Assembly: GCA_964016885.1 (NCBI GenBank)
Contig: OZ024759.1
Coordinates: forward strand, 36,394,001 to 36,458,000
Direction: 5' to 3'
Length of the DNA stretch: 64,000 nt
DNA from: Eledone cirrhosa
Lineage: Eukaryota
Part shown: in pieces, positions 39,515 through 54,888 of the stretch
How positions within the stretch are numbered: position 1 is the stretch's first letter
Layout: every line of letters starts with the position of its first letter
Notes under the pieces: model-generated
Told to the model about the DNA's origin: nothing
Database searches by the model: none
Seen by the model: only the letters and a program-made list of their open reading frames with translations
Made by a program: the position numbers and the translations under genes

Positions 39515-41069
39515 TGTGTGTGTGTGTGTGTGCGTGTGTGGTGTCTTATTGCCTGTTATAAACACCCCCATATATTCATTATTTCCACTTACAACGGCTG
39601 TCGTTATGGTCCCTTTTTATTTATTTATTTATTGCGTACGTGTAACCACCCTTCCATCTTTCCCCCACCTCCCCTATACAATCTTTACAGACGGCGCAAG
39701 CACGCACTCAGGCAAGCAGACACACACACAAGCACGCACTAAGGCAACCAGACACACACACACATAAGCACGCACCCACACAAGCACGCATGCACACACG
39801 CTCTGTGGTTGTGCTGACCATACATACATACATACATACATAGGCTACGTTGACCGCACACGCACACACACACACAAATTGTGCAGATCGCACACACACA
39901 CACACATGCTGCGCTGGCTACACACGCATACACAAACAAATACCACCACCACTACCACACCACCACCACCACTACTACAACCACCACCACCAGCAACCAT
40001 AACACCACCACACCATTAATATTAACACCACCACCACTACACCACACCTCCACTACACCACCAGCAATATTAACACCAACAGCATTACACCACACCAGCA
40101 CACCACCACTACACCCCCACCACCACTACACCACCAGCACCACCACCACTATACCCCCACCTCCACCACACCACCACTACACCACCACCACCACCACCAC
40201 TATACCCCCACCACCACCACACCACCACTACACCACCACCACCACCACCACTACACCACACCTCCACTACACCACCACTACACCACCACCACCACCACTA
40301 TACCCCCACCACCACCACACCACCAGCAATATTAACACCAGCACCACTACACCACACCAGCACACCACCACTACACCACTACCACCACCACTATACCCCC
40401 ACCACCACCACACCAACACTACACCACCACACCACCAGCAATATTAACACCAACACCACTACACCACACCAGCACACCACCACTACACCCCCACCACCAC
40501 TACACCACCAGCACCACCACCACTATACCCACACCACCACTACACCACCACCACCACCACCACTATACCCCCACCACCACCACACCACCAGCAATATTAA
40601 CACCAACACCACTACACCACACCAGCACACCAACACTACACCACCACCACCACCACTATACCCCCACCACCACCACACCAACACTATACCCCCACCACCA
40701 CCACACCACCACCAGCAACCATAACCCCCCCCCCCCCCGCCCCCACCATTCATCACATCGAAACCGTAGATGCGGGTTTCAAAATTAATATGGGCCGCTT
40801 GTCTCTCCTGTGTGTGGCTTTGTGTGTGTGTGTGTGTGTGTGTGTGGTTTTGTATGTGAGTGTGTGTGTGGCTTTGTGTGTGTGTGTGGCTTGGTGTGTG
40901 TGTGTGTGTGTGTGTGTGGTTTTGTATGTGAGTGTGTGTGTGACTTTGTATGTGCGTATGTGTGAGTTTGTTTGTGTGTGTTTGTATGTGTGTTTGTCTA
41001 TGTTTGTATGTGTGTGTTTGTGTGTATGTGTGTGCTTGAATGTGTTTATCTGTTTGTGTGTGTGTGTGT

Positions 41070-41105
<36 letters not shown>

Positions 41106-41667
41106 TTGTATGTTTGTTTGTATGTCTGTTTCTATATCTTTGTATGTGTGTGTTTGTGTGTATGTGTTTGGATGTGTGTGTGTCTATGTTTCTATGTATG
41201 TGTTTGTATGTTTGTGTGTTTATATGTGTGTGTGAGTTAGTATATTTGTGTGTATGTGTGTATGTATATATATATGCGTGTATGTATGTTTGTTAATGTT
41301 TGTTAATGTTAGTATATATCATATGTGTGAGTTTACTTAGTTTTAAACTCACGTTTTAGCTTGTTTGCTCTCTTGTCTTGAGTTGTTTGTACCTATATAT
41401 ATACATATATATATAGGACTGAAATAGCCGTCGAAACGGCTTGAGCTCTGCCGTCGGGGGTCATACCTTTTCCTATCACCCACTCTACTACCCTAAGTAT
41501 TGAGTTCTCTGGTACGTTATGGTCCACCTGGTTCCTCACCACAATTCCCTCGTTATATATATATGTTTTGCGTTAAGTAATTCCGAAGAAAAGGCAAAGG
41601 AAAAAAGAGTGCTCTACGTATAGAACAGAGCTATTTAATTAGAAAGTGAACAACAAAATATAACTAC

Positions 41668-41715
41668 TCCATTACCAAAGGTTTCTGGACCCTGGAGGAT
41701 CGTTCATCAGATAGA
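41668..41715 (-). ncRNA. Type I hammerhead motif
   Basis: TCTAT-CTGATGA-ac-GATCC-TCCA-GGGTC-ca-GAAA-CC-TTT-GG-TA-ATGGA; stems I, II and III all pair. Confidence 0.7.
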
Positions 41716-42036
41716 AATGTTATGAATAGAAAATATGAAATGAGATTTTAAATCTGTTAAAAATTGGAAGTAAGGCTGGAACAATAACGGAAAATATACA
41801 TAAGAAAAAATATATAAAGGAATATATAAATTAATATGTAAGAAAAATAATATATAAAAATATATAGAAATATATAAAAGCATATGTGTATATATATATA
41901 TATATTTCTTTACTCGGACCTTTTTTCTGTGTTTCCTTGTACGCTTGAAGAAGGACTTAAGCCCGATACGTCGAACTTTCTTTCCTTTTTTCAATATAAA
42001 GCGTGAAACTAATAAGACTTACTGTGCCTCTCTCTC

Positions 42037-42117
<81 letters not shown>

Positions 42118-43073
42118 TGTCCACGCCAATATCACCTCCACCCCTTCCACACACTCATCAACCCACTCCCATCCCCCGTCGACATCACACCACCCCAGGG
42201 TGAAGGGGTTTCCTTAACTCCTTAACAATATCTTATCTTATTACATTGGGGTTGTAGACATCATTAAACGTCTAGAGAGCCACTCCAGCCACGGAGTAGA
42301 AGGGGACAGTAGGGGGTGTCATCCAGCCCCTACTGTGTTAAGATAAGGGTTTAAGGTCCTAGTTTTATAGGGGTTAATGTTGAGGACTTGATTATTATTA
42401 TTGTTATTGTCATTATCATTATTATTACTTTTATTATTGTTGTTGTTGTTGCGAAATAGAAAGGTGGATTGGCAGTATCGGTGGAGGGTTGGACGCCATG
42501 CTTTGCAGCACATAGTTACGGCCCTTTACGGTATGAGTTCAAATCCCGCCGAGGTTAACTTTGACTTTCATCCTTACGGGGTCGATAAAATAAAGTACCA
42601 GTAATACACTGGGGTAATTGCTGGCCTTGTGCCTAAAGTAGAAACAATTATTAAGGGTGGTGGATTGGTAGTATTACTAGAGGGTCGGACGCCATGCTTT
42701 GCAGCAGAGTTACGGCCCTTTACGGTCTGAGTTCAAATCCCGCCGAAATGTTGGTGTCTTGGAGAAAACAGTATTAAAGTTATCCTGTTAATCCCCCCCC
42801 CCCCCATGACATCACAGGAGGGGGCAGGGGTGGGGGTTGCTGCATAATTACTACTACTACTATTATTATTATTATTATTATTAATAATAATTGGCCGAGT
42901 CCTCCGCCTTCACTCCCTCTCCCTCTCCTCCGTCTCCCTCACTTCTATCACATTCACAGCACTCCCCTCTCTCTCTACTCCGCCTTCATTCTCTCTCCCT
43001 CTACTCCCCCTCCTCCCTCACTTACACTCCCCTCCCCATACTATCCATCCCAGCCCACCCTCAGCCCCACCCC

Positions 43074-43117
<44 letters not shown>

Positions 43118-43149
43118 CACTGTTTGTTTATTTGTTAAAAGTTTTGAGA

Positions 43150-43182
<33 letters not shown>

Positions 43183-43186
43183 ACGA

Positions 43187-43246
<60 letters not shown>

Positions 43247-43476
43247 AGTATAGAAAGAAAGACATTGAAATAAATCCTAATGAAATAATGAAATGAAATA
43301 AGAAATAAAGAGAGGGAGGTTGTCGTCTGGTTGTTCCAATCAGTAAAACAGGAATCATATACAGGAACGGTTACAGACGATAGATTTGATATTGGAGAGG
43401 ATCTCCCTACACGGAAAGACTGTGATCCAAGGAACACACAATATAGGTATATACATACATATATATATATAAAAAT

Positions 43477-43517
<41 letters not shown>

Positions 43518-43746
43518 CATACATATATAAGAATATGTAAATACATGTATATATATATATATATGTATATATAAGTACATATATACACATGGAAAGAGAG
43601 AGAGGCATACACACATATATATACACGCATACAAAAATACATACATACACACACATACATACATACATACATACATACATACATACATACATACATACAT
43701 ACATACACATATATACATACATACACACATACATACATACATACAT

Positions 43747-43779
<33 letters not shown>

Positions 43780-43948
43780 TACATACATACACACACACAT
43801 ACACACATACATACATACATACATACACACACACATACATACATACATACATACATACATACATACATACACACACACACATACATACATAGATACACAC
43901 ATACATACACACATACATACATACATATACACACACACATACATGCAT

Positions 43949-43999
<51 letters not shown>

Positions 44000-44124
44000 T
44001 ACATACACACATACATACACACATACATACATACATATACACACACACATACATGCATACATATATGTATTTGTGATTGAGTGAGAAAGAGAGAGCCAGA
44101 GACAAGTTGGAAAGTTCCTCCAAG

Positions 44125-44227
44125 ATGGAGATTACAAGAGACATACTTCGAACTGTACTGTATGGCCATTGGCGGCTAACATCAAACATTACACCTAGAG
44201 GAGGAGGAGGGCGAGAAGAAGCTACTG
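44125..44227 (+). CDS. PRDM12: PRDM12 coding exon 1
   Basis: MEITRDILRTVLYGHWR resembles the vertebrate PRDM12 N-terminal motif VITSDILHSFLYGRWR. In-frame TGA upstream at 44074; ends G|gtaag (phase 1). Not in the ORF track. Confidence 0.85.
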
Positions 44228-44271
44228 GTAAGTTCTGTTAATTATCGATAGTTAATCACTCGTTAACTTAT

Positions 44272-44387
<116 letters not shown>

Positions 44388-44400
44388 GTTAACGAGTGAT

Positions 44401-44485
<85 letters not shown>

Positions 44486-44498
44486 GTTAACGAGTGAT

Positions 44499-44597
<99 letters not shown>

Positions 44598-44610
44598 GTT
44601 AACGAGTGAT

Positions 44611-44649
<39 letters not shown>

Positions 44650-44820
44650 TCCAACCCGCCCGTTCCTTCAATCTAACTTCATTTATTTTTTCTTTTGATG
44701 AAGGACTAGCGTCCGAAACGCCCGAAACATACATCAAGACCCTCTTCCTGCTATATCAAGCGTTAACATAATATATCCCTTCCATATACTGTACCGATTG
44801 TGTTGTTATTTCTGTTTACC

Positions 44821-44921
<101 letters not shown>

Positions 44922-44924
44922 AGA

Positions 44925-44973
44925 GCTTCTACAGGACTAGAACTGTTTCATTCGTGAGAAATCATCAGGAAGC
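44925..44973 (-). ncRNA. Type I hammerhead, family A (intact)
   Basis: GCTTC-CTGATGA-T-TTC-TCAC-GAA-T-GAAA-CAG-TTCTAGTC-CTG-TA-GAAGC; GUA cleavage triplet. Confidence 0.8.
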
Positions 44974-45173
44974 GTGAGAATTCGTAAGGAACCAGATGGA
45001 CCATAACGCACCAGAGTACTCAATACTCGGGGTAGTAGGTAATAGGAAAATGTGACCCGTCGGAGTCAAACATTTTCATATATATATACATATATATTTA
45101 TATATATATATCTCTATATATATACACACATATATATATATTCACGCATATATATATATATATGTATATGTAT

Positions 45174-45220
<47 letters not shown>

Positions 45221-45236
45221 GTTTTAATATAGAAGA

Positions 45237-45285
45237 GATTCTACAGGACTAGAACTGTTTCATTCATTAGAAATCATCAGGAATC
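45237..45285 (-). ncRNA. Type I hammerhead, family A (intact, covarying stem I)
   Basis: GATTC-CTGATGA-T-TTC-TAAT-GAA-T-GAAA-CAG-TTCTAGTC-CTG-TA-GAATC. Confidence 0.8.
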
Positions 45286-45430
45286 CCTTACTTACTGTGG
45301 TTACCTCCGATTCAACCCGGAATAACGTACATATATATATATATATATATACATGGCTGTCACTGAAATATATATAGCAGTAATAAACGAAGCTAAATTT
45401 TAATCATTTGACTTTTATTTAACTTTATTT

Positions 45431-45462
<32 letters not shown>

Positions 45463-45472
45463 TCTCTCTCTC

Positions 45473-45598
<126 letters not shown>

Positions 45599-45731
45599 AA
45601 TAATAATACATTTGAAGACTAAAATCCAAAGAGGGCTCGATAAGGATAAATATATATCAAATATATAAGAACCGTATATACACACATATATATATATATA
45701 TATACACACATATATATATATATATATACAC

Positions 45732-45764
<33 letters not shown>

Positions 45765-45801
45765 TATATATATATTCACGCATATATATATGTATATGTA
45801 T

Positions 45802-45858
<57 letters not shown>

Positions 45859-46015
45859 CATATATATCTATCTATATATATATATATATATAGTAATAAT
45901 AATACATTTGAAGACTAAAATCCAAAGAGGGCTCGATAAGGATAAATATATATCAAATATATAAGAACCGTAGAGCAAATATTTATTATGAAACAGATTA
46001 AAGTTTAAGCAAAGA

Positions 46016-46092
<77 letters not shown>

Positions 46093-46393
46093 GTATGTGT
46101 CTATATGTGTGTGTGTATGTGTGCGTGTCTATGTATGTATATATATGTGTATGCCTGCGTATATGTGTATATATATATATGTGTATGTGTATATATGTGT
46201 GTGCCTGCGTATATGTGTATGTGTGTGTGCATGTGTGTGTGTGTGTATTGTTACAGTATTAAGGGGCGTTGTCTTATGAAATCCTTAATTACCCAGCAGA
46301 ATTGGGTTCGGTAATGAGAATATGAAGACAAGTCAACCACAAACACCACAACGGCAACCACAACAGTGTGTATATATATATATACATATATAT

Positions 46394-46424
<31 letters not shown>

Positions 46425-46505
46425 CATATATACATATATATATATACATATATATATATACATATATATATATACATATATATATATATACATATATATA
46501 TATAC

Positions 46506-46604
<99 letters not shown>

Positions 46605-46688
46605 AAAGGTAACCAGAAATACCAACACAATCGGTACAGTATATGGAAGATATATATTAGGTTAACGCTTGATATAGCAGGAAGTTGG

Positions 46689-46724
46689 TCTTAACGTCTC
46701 GGACGCTAGTCCTTCATCAGAAGA
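46689..46724 (-). ncRNA. Minimal hammerhead, family B (core mutated)
   Basis: TCTT-CTGATGA-A-GGAC-TAGC-GTCC-GAGA-CG-TT-AAGA; GAAA is changed to GAGA. Confidence 0.55.
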
Positions 46725-47277
46725 AAGAGTGAGAAATAAGATAGATTGAGAAGACGGGTGGGATGGAATTGGAAAAAATGTCTTTAGATAAAAATAACAG
46801 GTCCCTTCATGTTGACATCTAGTGAAAGATTGAAGAATAACATGGTCGGCTGTACAACAAGGGGCTTTATTTCAAGTATTAACAATTGTTTCATTGATCA
46901 GGTGGGTCTAGGGGTCGCTAATCACTAACGATAACTTGTTATCCCATATATATATATATATACATATATATATATGTGTATATAGTAATAATTGTTTCTA
47001 CTTTTGGCACAAGGCCAGCAATTACCTCAGTGCATTACTGGTACTTTATTTTATCGACCCCGTAAGGATGAAAGGCAAAGTTAATCTCGGCGGGATTTGA
47101 ACTCAGACCATACAGGGAGGTAACTCTATGCTTCATATAGTAATAATAAATGTGAAGACTAAAATCCGAAGAGGGCTCGGTAAAGATTATATATATATGT
47201 GTGTGTGTGTGTGTGTATTTGTGTGTGTGTGTCTGTCTGTGTGTGTGTGTGTGTGTGTGTATTTGTGTTTGTGTGTC

Positions 47278-47308
<31 letters not shown>

Positions 47309-47350
47309 ATTTGTGTGTGTGTGTGTCTGTCTGTGTGTCTGTCTGTGTGT

Positions 47351-47390
<40 letters not shown>

Positions 47391-47977
47391 TAAATTCCGT
47401 GGGTGTGAAAAGGAAAATGGAAAACAGAGCTGAGTTGACTTTGCCTTTCATCCTTACGGGGTCGATAAAATAAAGTACCAGTAATGCACTGGTGAAATTG
47501 CTGGCCTTGTGCCTAAAGTAGAAACAATTATATTATTTATGTTCCTAGACAGAACAAAGCTGCTACCTAAGGTTTCAAGGCCCTAATTTTACCATAGCTC
47601 TAGAAATCAAGAATAGTGACCCCTTTTTAGCGTTAATACGAGTTTAGCACCTTTGTTCCGTGTATGAACATAAACAAATATAATATATAATTGTTTCTAC
47701 CTTTTGGCACAAGGCCAGCAATTACCTCAGTGCATTACTGGTACTTTATCGACCCTACAAGGATGAAAGTTAACCTCGGCGAGATTTGAACTCAGACCGT
47801 AACGGGCCATAACCCTACCGATACTGATAATCCACCATACAGTGGGTCCCAAAGTGGGTTCCGTAATGGAGTTTGAAGTAATGTTTTAATGTCTGAAGAG
47901 AATTAATTGCCACAGGAATGCTACCACTTAAAATTAAATATTAATAAGCGGTGGGTAGTGCAGGACTTAGGACAAAT

Positions 47978-48266
47978 GAGGCCCTGAATTAGTTAAGTTA
48001 TGAGGCCCTGAATTAGTTAAGTTATGAGGCCCTGAGCTAGTTAAGTTATAAGGCCCTGAGCTAGTTAAGTTATGAGGCCCTGAACTAGTTAAGTTATGAG
48101 GCCCTGAACTAGTTAAGTTAGGAGGCCCTGAGCTAGTTAAGTTATAAGGCCCTGAGCTAGTTAAGTTATGAGGCCCTGAGCTAGTTAAGTTATAAGGCCC
48201 TGAACTAGTTAAGTTATGAGGCCTTGAGCTAGTTAAGTTATGAGGTCCTGAACTAGTTAAGTTATG
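47978..48266. repeat. 24-bp tandem repeat, ~12 copies
   Basis: Unit TGAGGCCCTGA(A/G)CTAGTTAAGTTA. Confidence 0.93.
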
Positions 48267-48992
48267 AGTTTTTTGGCAGGAAGATGGGCTCTGCTAGCCA
48301 ACGGGCCTTGTGCTTAAGCACACCTAACCATAATGGTAAATCTGACACTGGCTGCTGGGAGTGAAGGACGATTATTTGAGACCCGAGAGTATGAGAAAAA
48401 GTATTTATTGGCTCAAGTACGAAATTTGTAGAAATTTGTAGAAAAAAATAAATTTCTACAAATTTCATGTTTGACGATCCAATAGGGAGGGGAGGTAAGC
48501 AGAACAGGATACCGCCACGCCCACTTCGACATCGTAGTAACAGTAATGTAGAAATGGGCGTGGCTTTCAATTGTTATTCATTTATATTTAAATTAAGTCA
48601 TAAATACATTGTTGTCACTTTAGAGGAAATGTGTTTTGTTTTGTTGTTTTTTGTGGGGGTGGGGGGTTGTAGCAGACTTTTAATGTCTTACCACAAGGAT
48701 GGGGGGGGGGTAGAGGATGAGAAGTGGGGGGGACAAGACGATCGCGGTGAAGGAGACAGAGGTGGTGGTGGTGTTGGAAGCGGGCACAGATATAATTATC
48801 TTACCTGCGGGTTTCAGCGTCTCATATCTTCATATCCACCCCCACTCCACCCCACTATTAATTTCACTTGCTTCATTATTATTGGGTTGTTGTGTGTAGA
48901 ATTGCATGTGTGTATAAATATATATATACGTATGTGTGTGTGTGTGTATACTTTTTCGACAGACCTCGTTTATTGTATAAATGTATTATGTA

Positions 48993-49039
<47 letters not shown>

Positions 49040-49160
49040 ATTTCTAATGAATGAAACAGTTCTAGTCCTGTAGAATCTCATCTATATTAAAACTTTTATA
49101 CTCTGCTATGTATTGAGTACCTTACTTACTGTGGTTACCTCCGATTCAACCCGGAATAAC

Positions 49161-49203
<43 letters not shown>

Positions 49204-49326
49204 TTAGACATTGCCTGGGCCAATACTGGCCGAAACCTAACTTATATATATATACATATATATATACATATATATATACATATATATATATACTGTATAT
49301 ATATATACTGTATATATATATACTGT

Positions 49327-49394
<68 letters not shown>

Positions 49395-49505
49395 TGTATA
49401 TATATATATATATATACATGTATACTCCAGTCCTACAAACTGTAGAGTGCTTCTTATCCGATATCTGCATTGCTTTATTGTACTACAATAAAACTCACCT
49501 CCTAC

Positions 49506-49546
<41 letters not shown>

Positions 49547-49628
49547 TATATATACTGTATATATATATACTGTGTATATATATATATATATATACTGTAT
49601 ATATATATATATACTGTATATATATATA

Positions 49629-49668
<40 letters not shown>

Positions 49669-49686
49669 TGTATATATATATATATA

Positions 49687-49735
<49 letters not shown>

Positions 49736-50949
49736 GTATATTATATTTTTCTATAACTTTAACCGGTATATGTGACTAAAGTCTAGGAAGAGAAAACAAT
49801 ACTACAATACAATGAAAATATATTTTAGTTTAATGCTTGACATAGTAGGAAATGAGTCTGAACGTTTCGGGCGTTAGTCTTTCGTTGGAAGATAGAAGGA
49901 GAGATAGTAGATAGAAGGAAGCAAGATAGAAAGATAGCTGAGAGTAAGTAGAGATGACATACTACATAAATACATATACACACATACATACAAATACATA
50001 CACATCGTCAGCAGCCCGCCTGAGGAAGAAGCCACGCGAGGTGGGGTGGCCGGTGCAGCGGCTGTCGCTGGTCAATGTCCGCAGAAATCCTTTTGCGGTC
50101 TTTCCCAGTTCGTTCTCATATAAGTTTAGCCAGTATATGTGACTTGATAGCTCCTGCTCTTTCCCCCATTCATTCTGCTTCAATTTTAACCAATATATGT
50201 CACTAAACGTCTGCTGGTCTTCTGCATTTAGTCTTTTTATAACTTTATGATCGTTTGCTGGTCTTTCCCGTTCATTCATTTTTTAATTTTTGTTGTTTTT
50301 TTTTACCAGTATTATGTGACTTATCGTCTGCTGGTGGTGGTGTTTTTCTGCTGGTCTTTTCCTCGTTCATTTTACTATAACATGTCGTATGCTGGTTGAC
50401 TGACTGGCTGACTGACTAGCTGGCTCATATTCCCTCTTTTTTCCAATACACCAGTGGATTCATTGAAGCAGCCGATAACTATATATATATTTTTTTTTTT
50501 TTTTGTCGTTATTCTTGTTATTTCATTGTTTTGTGGGGGGTTTATTTCGGGAAGATTTGTTGTTTTTTAGGGGAGATTTTTTTATCCGGCGATGCCGACA
50601 AATGCGGGTCTTGGCACCTCATTGAAGATAAAAGAAAAATGAATAAACTTGATGACATTGTACAATCGACAATAGCACAATCTGTGCTCCCTGTGGAATT
50701 GGTTTAAATATCAATAAATATTCATTGGAGTCTTGAATAACAAGGAAGGAGAGTGGGGGCAAACCAGACCCGTAATGATAGTAATAACCTTCCGCTTTTA
50801 CACATTTGCAGGCAATCCCGCATTCGTCTACGTACACACAATCACGTGGATGCGCATGCGCACACAGATCACAGGACATCATATCATATATACACATATA
50901 TATACTTGAATATATATAATATAAAATACACAGACGCACGCACGCACAC

Positions 50950-50992
<43 letters not shown>

Positions 50993-51059
50993 CAGGGTGT
51001 CCCCACCAAAAAACAGCATTCTAAAAAAAGTGTGTATACGTTTTTGGAGGGACACCCTG
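50993..51059. mobile_element. Tiny Tc1/mariner-type MITE
   Basis: TA|CAGGGTGTCCC...GGGACACCCTG|TA inside a (TA)n tract. Confidence 0.7.
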
Positions 51060-51204
51060 TATATATATATATATAAGAAAGTACAAAGAAGGTGTGGAAA
51101 GATATCAGGTGGACCATAACGCACTAGAGTACTCAATATTTAAGGTAGTAGAGTGGGTAATAGGAAAAGAGTCAGTACCTTTTCCTATATAATTATATAT
51201 ATAT

Positions 51205-52360
51205 ATATTTCGGAAGAACGAGCTTAAGTTTCTCCGAAACCCATCAGTGGTTCTGGGGTTAACCTTGTGCAAGGCGAAGAGGCCATCGTCTCGGTATAAA
51301 CCTCCGGTGGGGCCAGTAAAGAGGTTCTTCAGGTGATGTAAAATGTACAGGCCCACGAGGTCGCTTATTTCAGCCGAATCACTCGCTCCCATGCTGACAT
51401 CAAAGGGGGTCTGAGACTTCTTGTTGATCCAGTAAGATCCCTCGTGGTGTAGGAAGGTCTTACAGGCATTGAGGATTACATCTTGCTCAGCGTCAGTTAT
51501 GGTGGTAAAGTTCCTGGCAACCCAATCTCCATGTCTCCTCCGATAAAACCAAAAACGTTTATGAGGTAGACCCCATACCTATAATAAGCTGGCAAAAAAT
51601 GCCATCACGACCACCTACAAAAAGGTAAATGAGATGGCATTGACTGAGACAAATGCGGCCGGAAAAGAAATCACCAAGTCCCTTAAAATACACGACCGGA
51701 CGGAACCTTTAAGGGTAAGGGCCCCGCACTTTACCCTGAAGGACCACAAGGGAAACTTCCTCAACAAACCATCAGTTCGACTTATCAACCTAACACGTTC
51801 GGATATCGGCTCTATCAACAAAAAGATCCTCGATAGAGTTCTACCATCATTGCGGGCTGCCTCACCACTTCCAGTCTGGAGCAGAACATCTGAGGCAATT
51901 TCTTGGTTCCAAGAATTGCCCGAGAAATAACACACTCGCTTCCTGCAACTCGACATAGAAGACTACTATGCTTCTATCTCAGAGCCCCTCCTGAAGGACG
52001 CGCTTACTTTTGCCGGGAACTTTACCACCATCACTGACGCTGAGCAAGATGTAATCCTCCATGCCCCTAAGACCTTTCTACACCACGAGGGATCTTACTG
52101 GATCAACAAGAAGTCTCAGACCCCCTTTGACGTCAGCATGGGAGCGAGTGATTCGGCTGAAATAAGCGACCTCGTGGGCCTGCACATTTTACATCACCTG
52201 AAGAACCTCTTTACTGGCCTCACCGGAGGTTTATACCGAGACGATGGCCTCTTCGCCTTGCACAAGGTTAACCACTGATGGGTTTCGGAGAAACTTAAGC
52301 TCGTTCTTCCGCAATCTAGGATTTAGTATAACCATAGAATCTAATATGACTAGGACTAAC
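51205..52360 (+). mobile_element. Penelope-like RT fragment with 5' inversion (pseudogenised)
   Basis: Plus strand about 51520-52360 encodes SDKTKNVY, FTLKDHK, VRLINL, FLQLDIEDYY, FDVSMGASDSAE and LYRDDG with a stop and frameshifts. 51205-51520 is an inverted copy of about 52015-52315. Confidence 0.85.
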
Positions 52361-52381
52361 ATTTTATATATAAATATATAT

Positions 52382-52437
<56 letters not shown>

Positions 52438-52525
52438 CATGAAGGGACCTGTTATTTTACGCTAAAACATTTTTTCCAATTCCAGCCCGCCCGTCCCTTT
52501 AATCTATCTAATTTCTCATTCTTTC

Positions 52526-52557
52526 TTTTGACGAAGGACTAGCGTCCGAAACGTCAA
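52526..52557 (+). ncRNA. Minimal hammerhead, family B (C3U variant)
   Basis: TT-TTGACGA-A-GGAC-TAGC-GTCC-GAAA-CG-TC-AA inside a ~200-bp repeat at 52437-52645. A sister copy lies at about 44647-44825. Confidence 0.55.
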
Positions 52558-52695
52558 CACCCTCTTCCTGCTATTTCAAGCGTTAACCTAATGTATCCAT
52601 TCCATATACTGTAACGATTGTGTTGTTATTTCTGTTTGCCTTTTGCATACATATATACATACATATATATATACATATATATATATATATACACA

Positions 52696-52729
<34 letters not shown>

Positions 52730-52769
52730 CATATATATATATAGAGAGAGATATACACACATACATACA

Positions 52770-52867
<98 letters not shown>

Positions 52868-52912
52868 TAGATAGATAGATAGATATACATACATACATGC
52901 ATACATACATTC

Positions 52913-52987
<75 letters not shown>

Positions 52988-53179
52988 CATACATACATAC
53001 ATGCATGTATACATACATACATACATACATATACAAATATATATACACACATGTAATTCCAATATCTGTTAACTTATCAAAGGGAATTATTGCTGATCGG
53101 TTTTGACAGGAACAGAAATCATTTTTTAAACAAAAAAGAAGCAAAATGACAAACTATATTTCCTACAATTGTTACAACC

Positions 53180-54888
53180 ATTATATATACCAGTGTCGTT
53201 GTATATTGTATATACATTATATATACCATTATATACCATTGTTATTATATATACATTATATATACCATTGTTATTATATATACCATTATATACCATTGTC
53301 ATTATATATACCATTATATACCATTGTCATTATATATACCATTATATACCAGCCATTATATATACCATTATATACCATTGTCATTATATATACCATTATA
53401 TACCAGTCATTATATATACCATTATATACCATTGTCATTATATATACCATTATATACCATTGTCATTATATATACCATTATATACCAGTCGTTATATATA
53501 CCATTGTCATTATATATACCCTTATATACCATTGTCATTATATATACCATTGTCATTATATATGCCATTATATACCAGTCATTATATATACCATTATATA
53601 CCAGTCATTATATATACCATTATATACCATTGTCATTATATATACCATTATATACCATTGTCATTATATATACCATTATATACCAGTCATTATATATACC
53701 ATTATATACCATTGTCATTATATATACCCCTTATATACCATTGTCATTATATATACCATTATATACCATTGTCATTATATATACCATTATATACCATTGT
53801 CATTATATACCAGTCATTATATATACCATTATATACCATTGTCATTATATATACCATTATATACCATTGTCATTATATATACCATTATATACCAGTCATT
53901 ATATACCATTGTCATTATATATACCATTATATACCATTGTCATTATATATACCATTATATACCAGTCATTATATATACCATTATATACCATTGTCATTAT
54001 ATATACCATTATATACCAGTCATTATATATATACCATTATATACCATTGTCATTATATATACCCTTATATACCATTGTCATTATATATACCATTATATAC
54101 CATTGTCATTATAAATACCATTATATACCATTGTTATTATATATACCATTATATACCAGTCATTATATATACCATTATATACCATTGTCATTATATATAC
54201 CAGTCATTATATATACCGTTATATACCATTGTCATTATATATACCATTATATACCATTGTCATTATATATACCATTATATACCAATCATTATATATACCA
54301 TTATATACCATTGTCATTATATATACCATTATATACCATTGTCATTATATATACCATTATATACCAGTCATTATATATACCATTATATACCAGTCATTAT
54401 ATATACCATTATATACCATTGTCATTATATATACCATTATATACCATTGTCATTATATATACCATTATATACCAGTCATTATATATACCATTATATACCA
54501 TTGTCACTATATATACCATTATATACCAGTCACTATATATACCATTATATACCATTGTCATTATATATACCATTATATACCATTGTCATTATATATACCA
54601 TTATATACCAGTCATTATATATACCATTATATACCATTGTCATTATATATACCATTATATACCAGTCATTATATATACCATTATATACCATTGTCATTAT
54701 ATATACCCTTATATACCATTGTCATTATATATACCATTATATACCATTGTCATTATATATACCATTATATACCAGTCATTATATATACCATTATATACCA
54801 TTGTCATTATATATACCATTATATACCATTGTCATTATATATACCATTATATACCAGTCATTATATATACCATTATATACCATTGTCA
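53180..54888. repeat. ~1.7-kb AT-rich compound minisatellite
   Basis: Shuffled short modules TATATACCAT, TATATACCATTGTCAT and TATATACCAGTCAT; explains the 220-587 aa ORFs. Confidence 0.95.

Noticed and set aside
43135-44189. 235-344 aa CVCMYV/HTYI ORFs, and similar ORFs throughout
   Set aside because: Translations of (CA)n, (TA)n and (CATA)n microsatellites.
48467-49054. 195-aa ORF as an extra PRDM12 exon or separate gene
   Set aside because: No recognisable motif, runs into microsatellite, and exon 1 already joins exon 2 in phase.
50005-50075. HDV-like ribozyme on the minus strand (CCACCTCGCGTGG resembles P3/L3)
   Set aside because: Could not build consistent P1, P2 and P1.1 pairings by eye.
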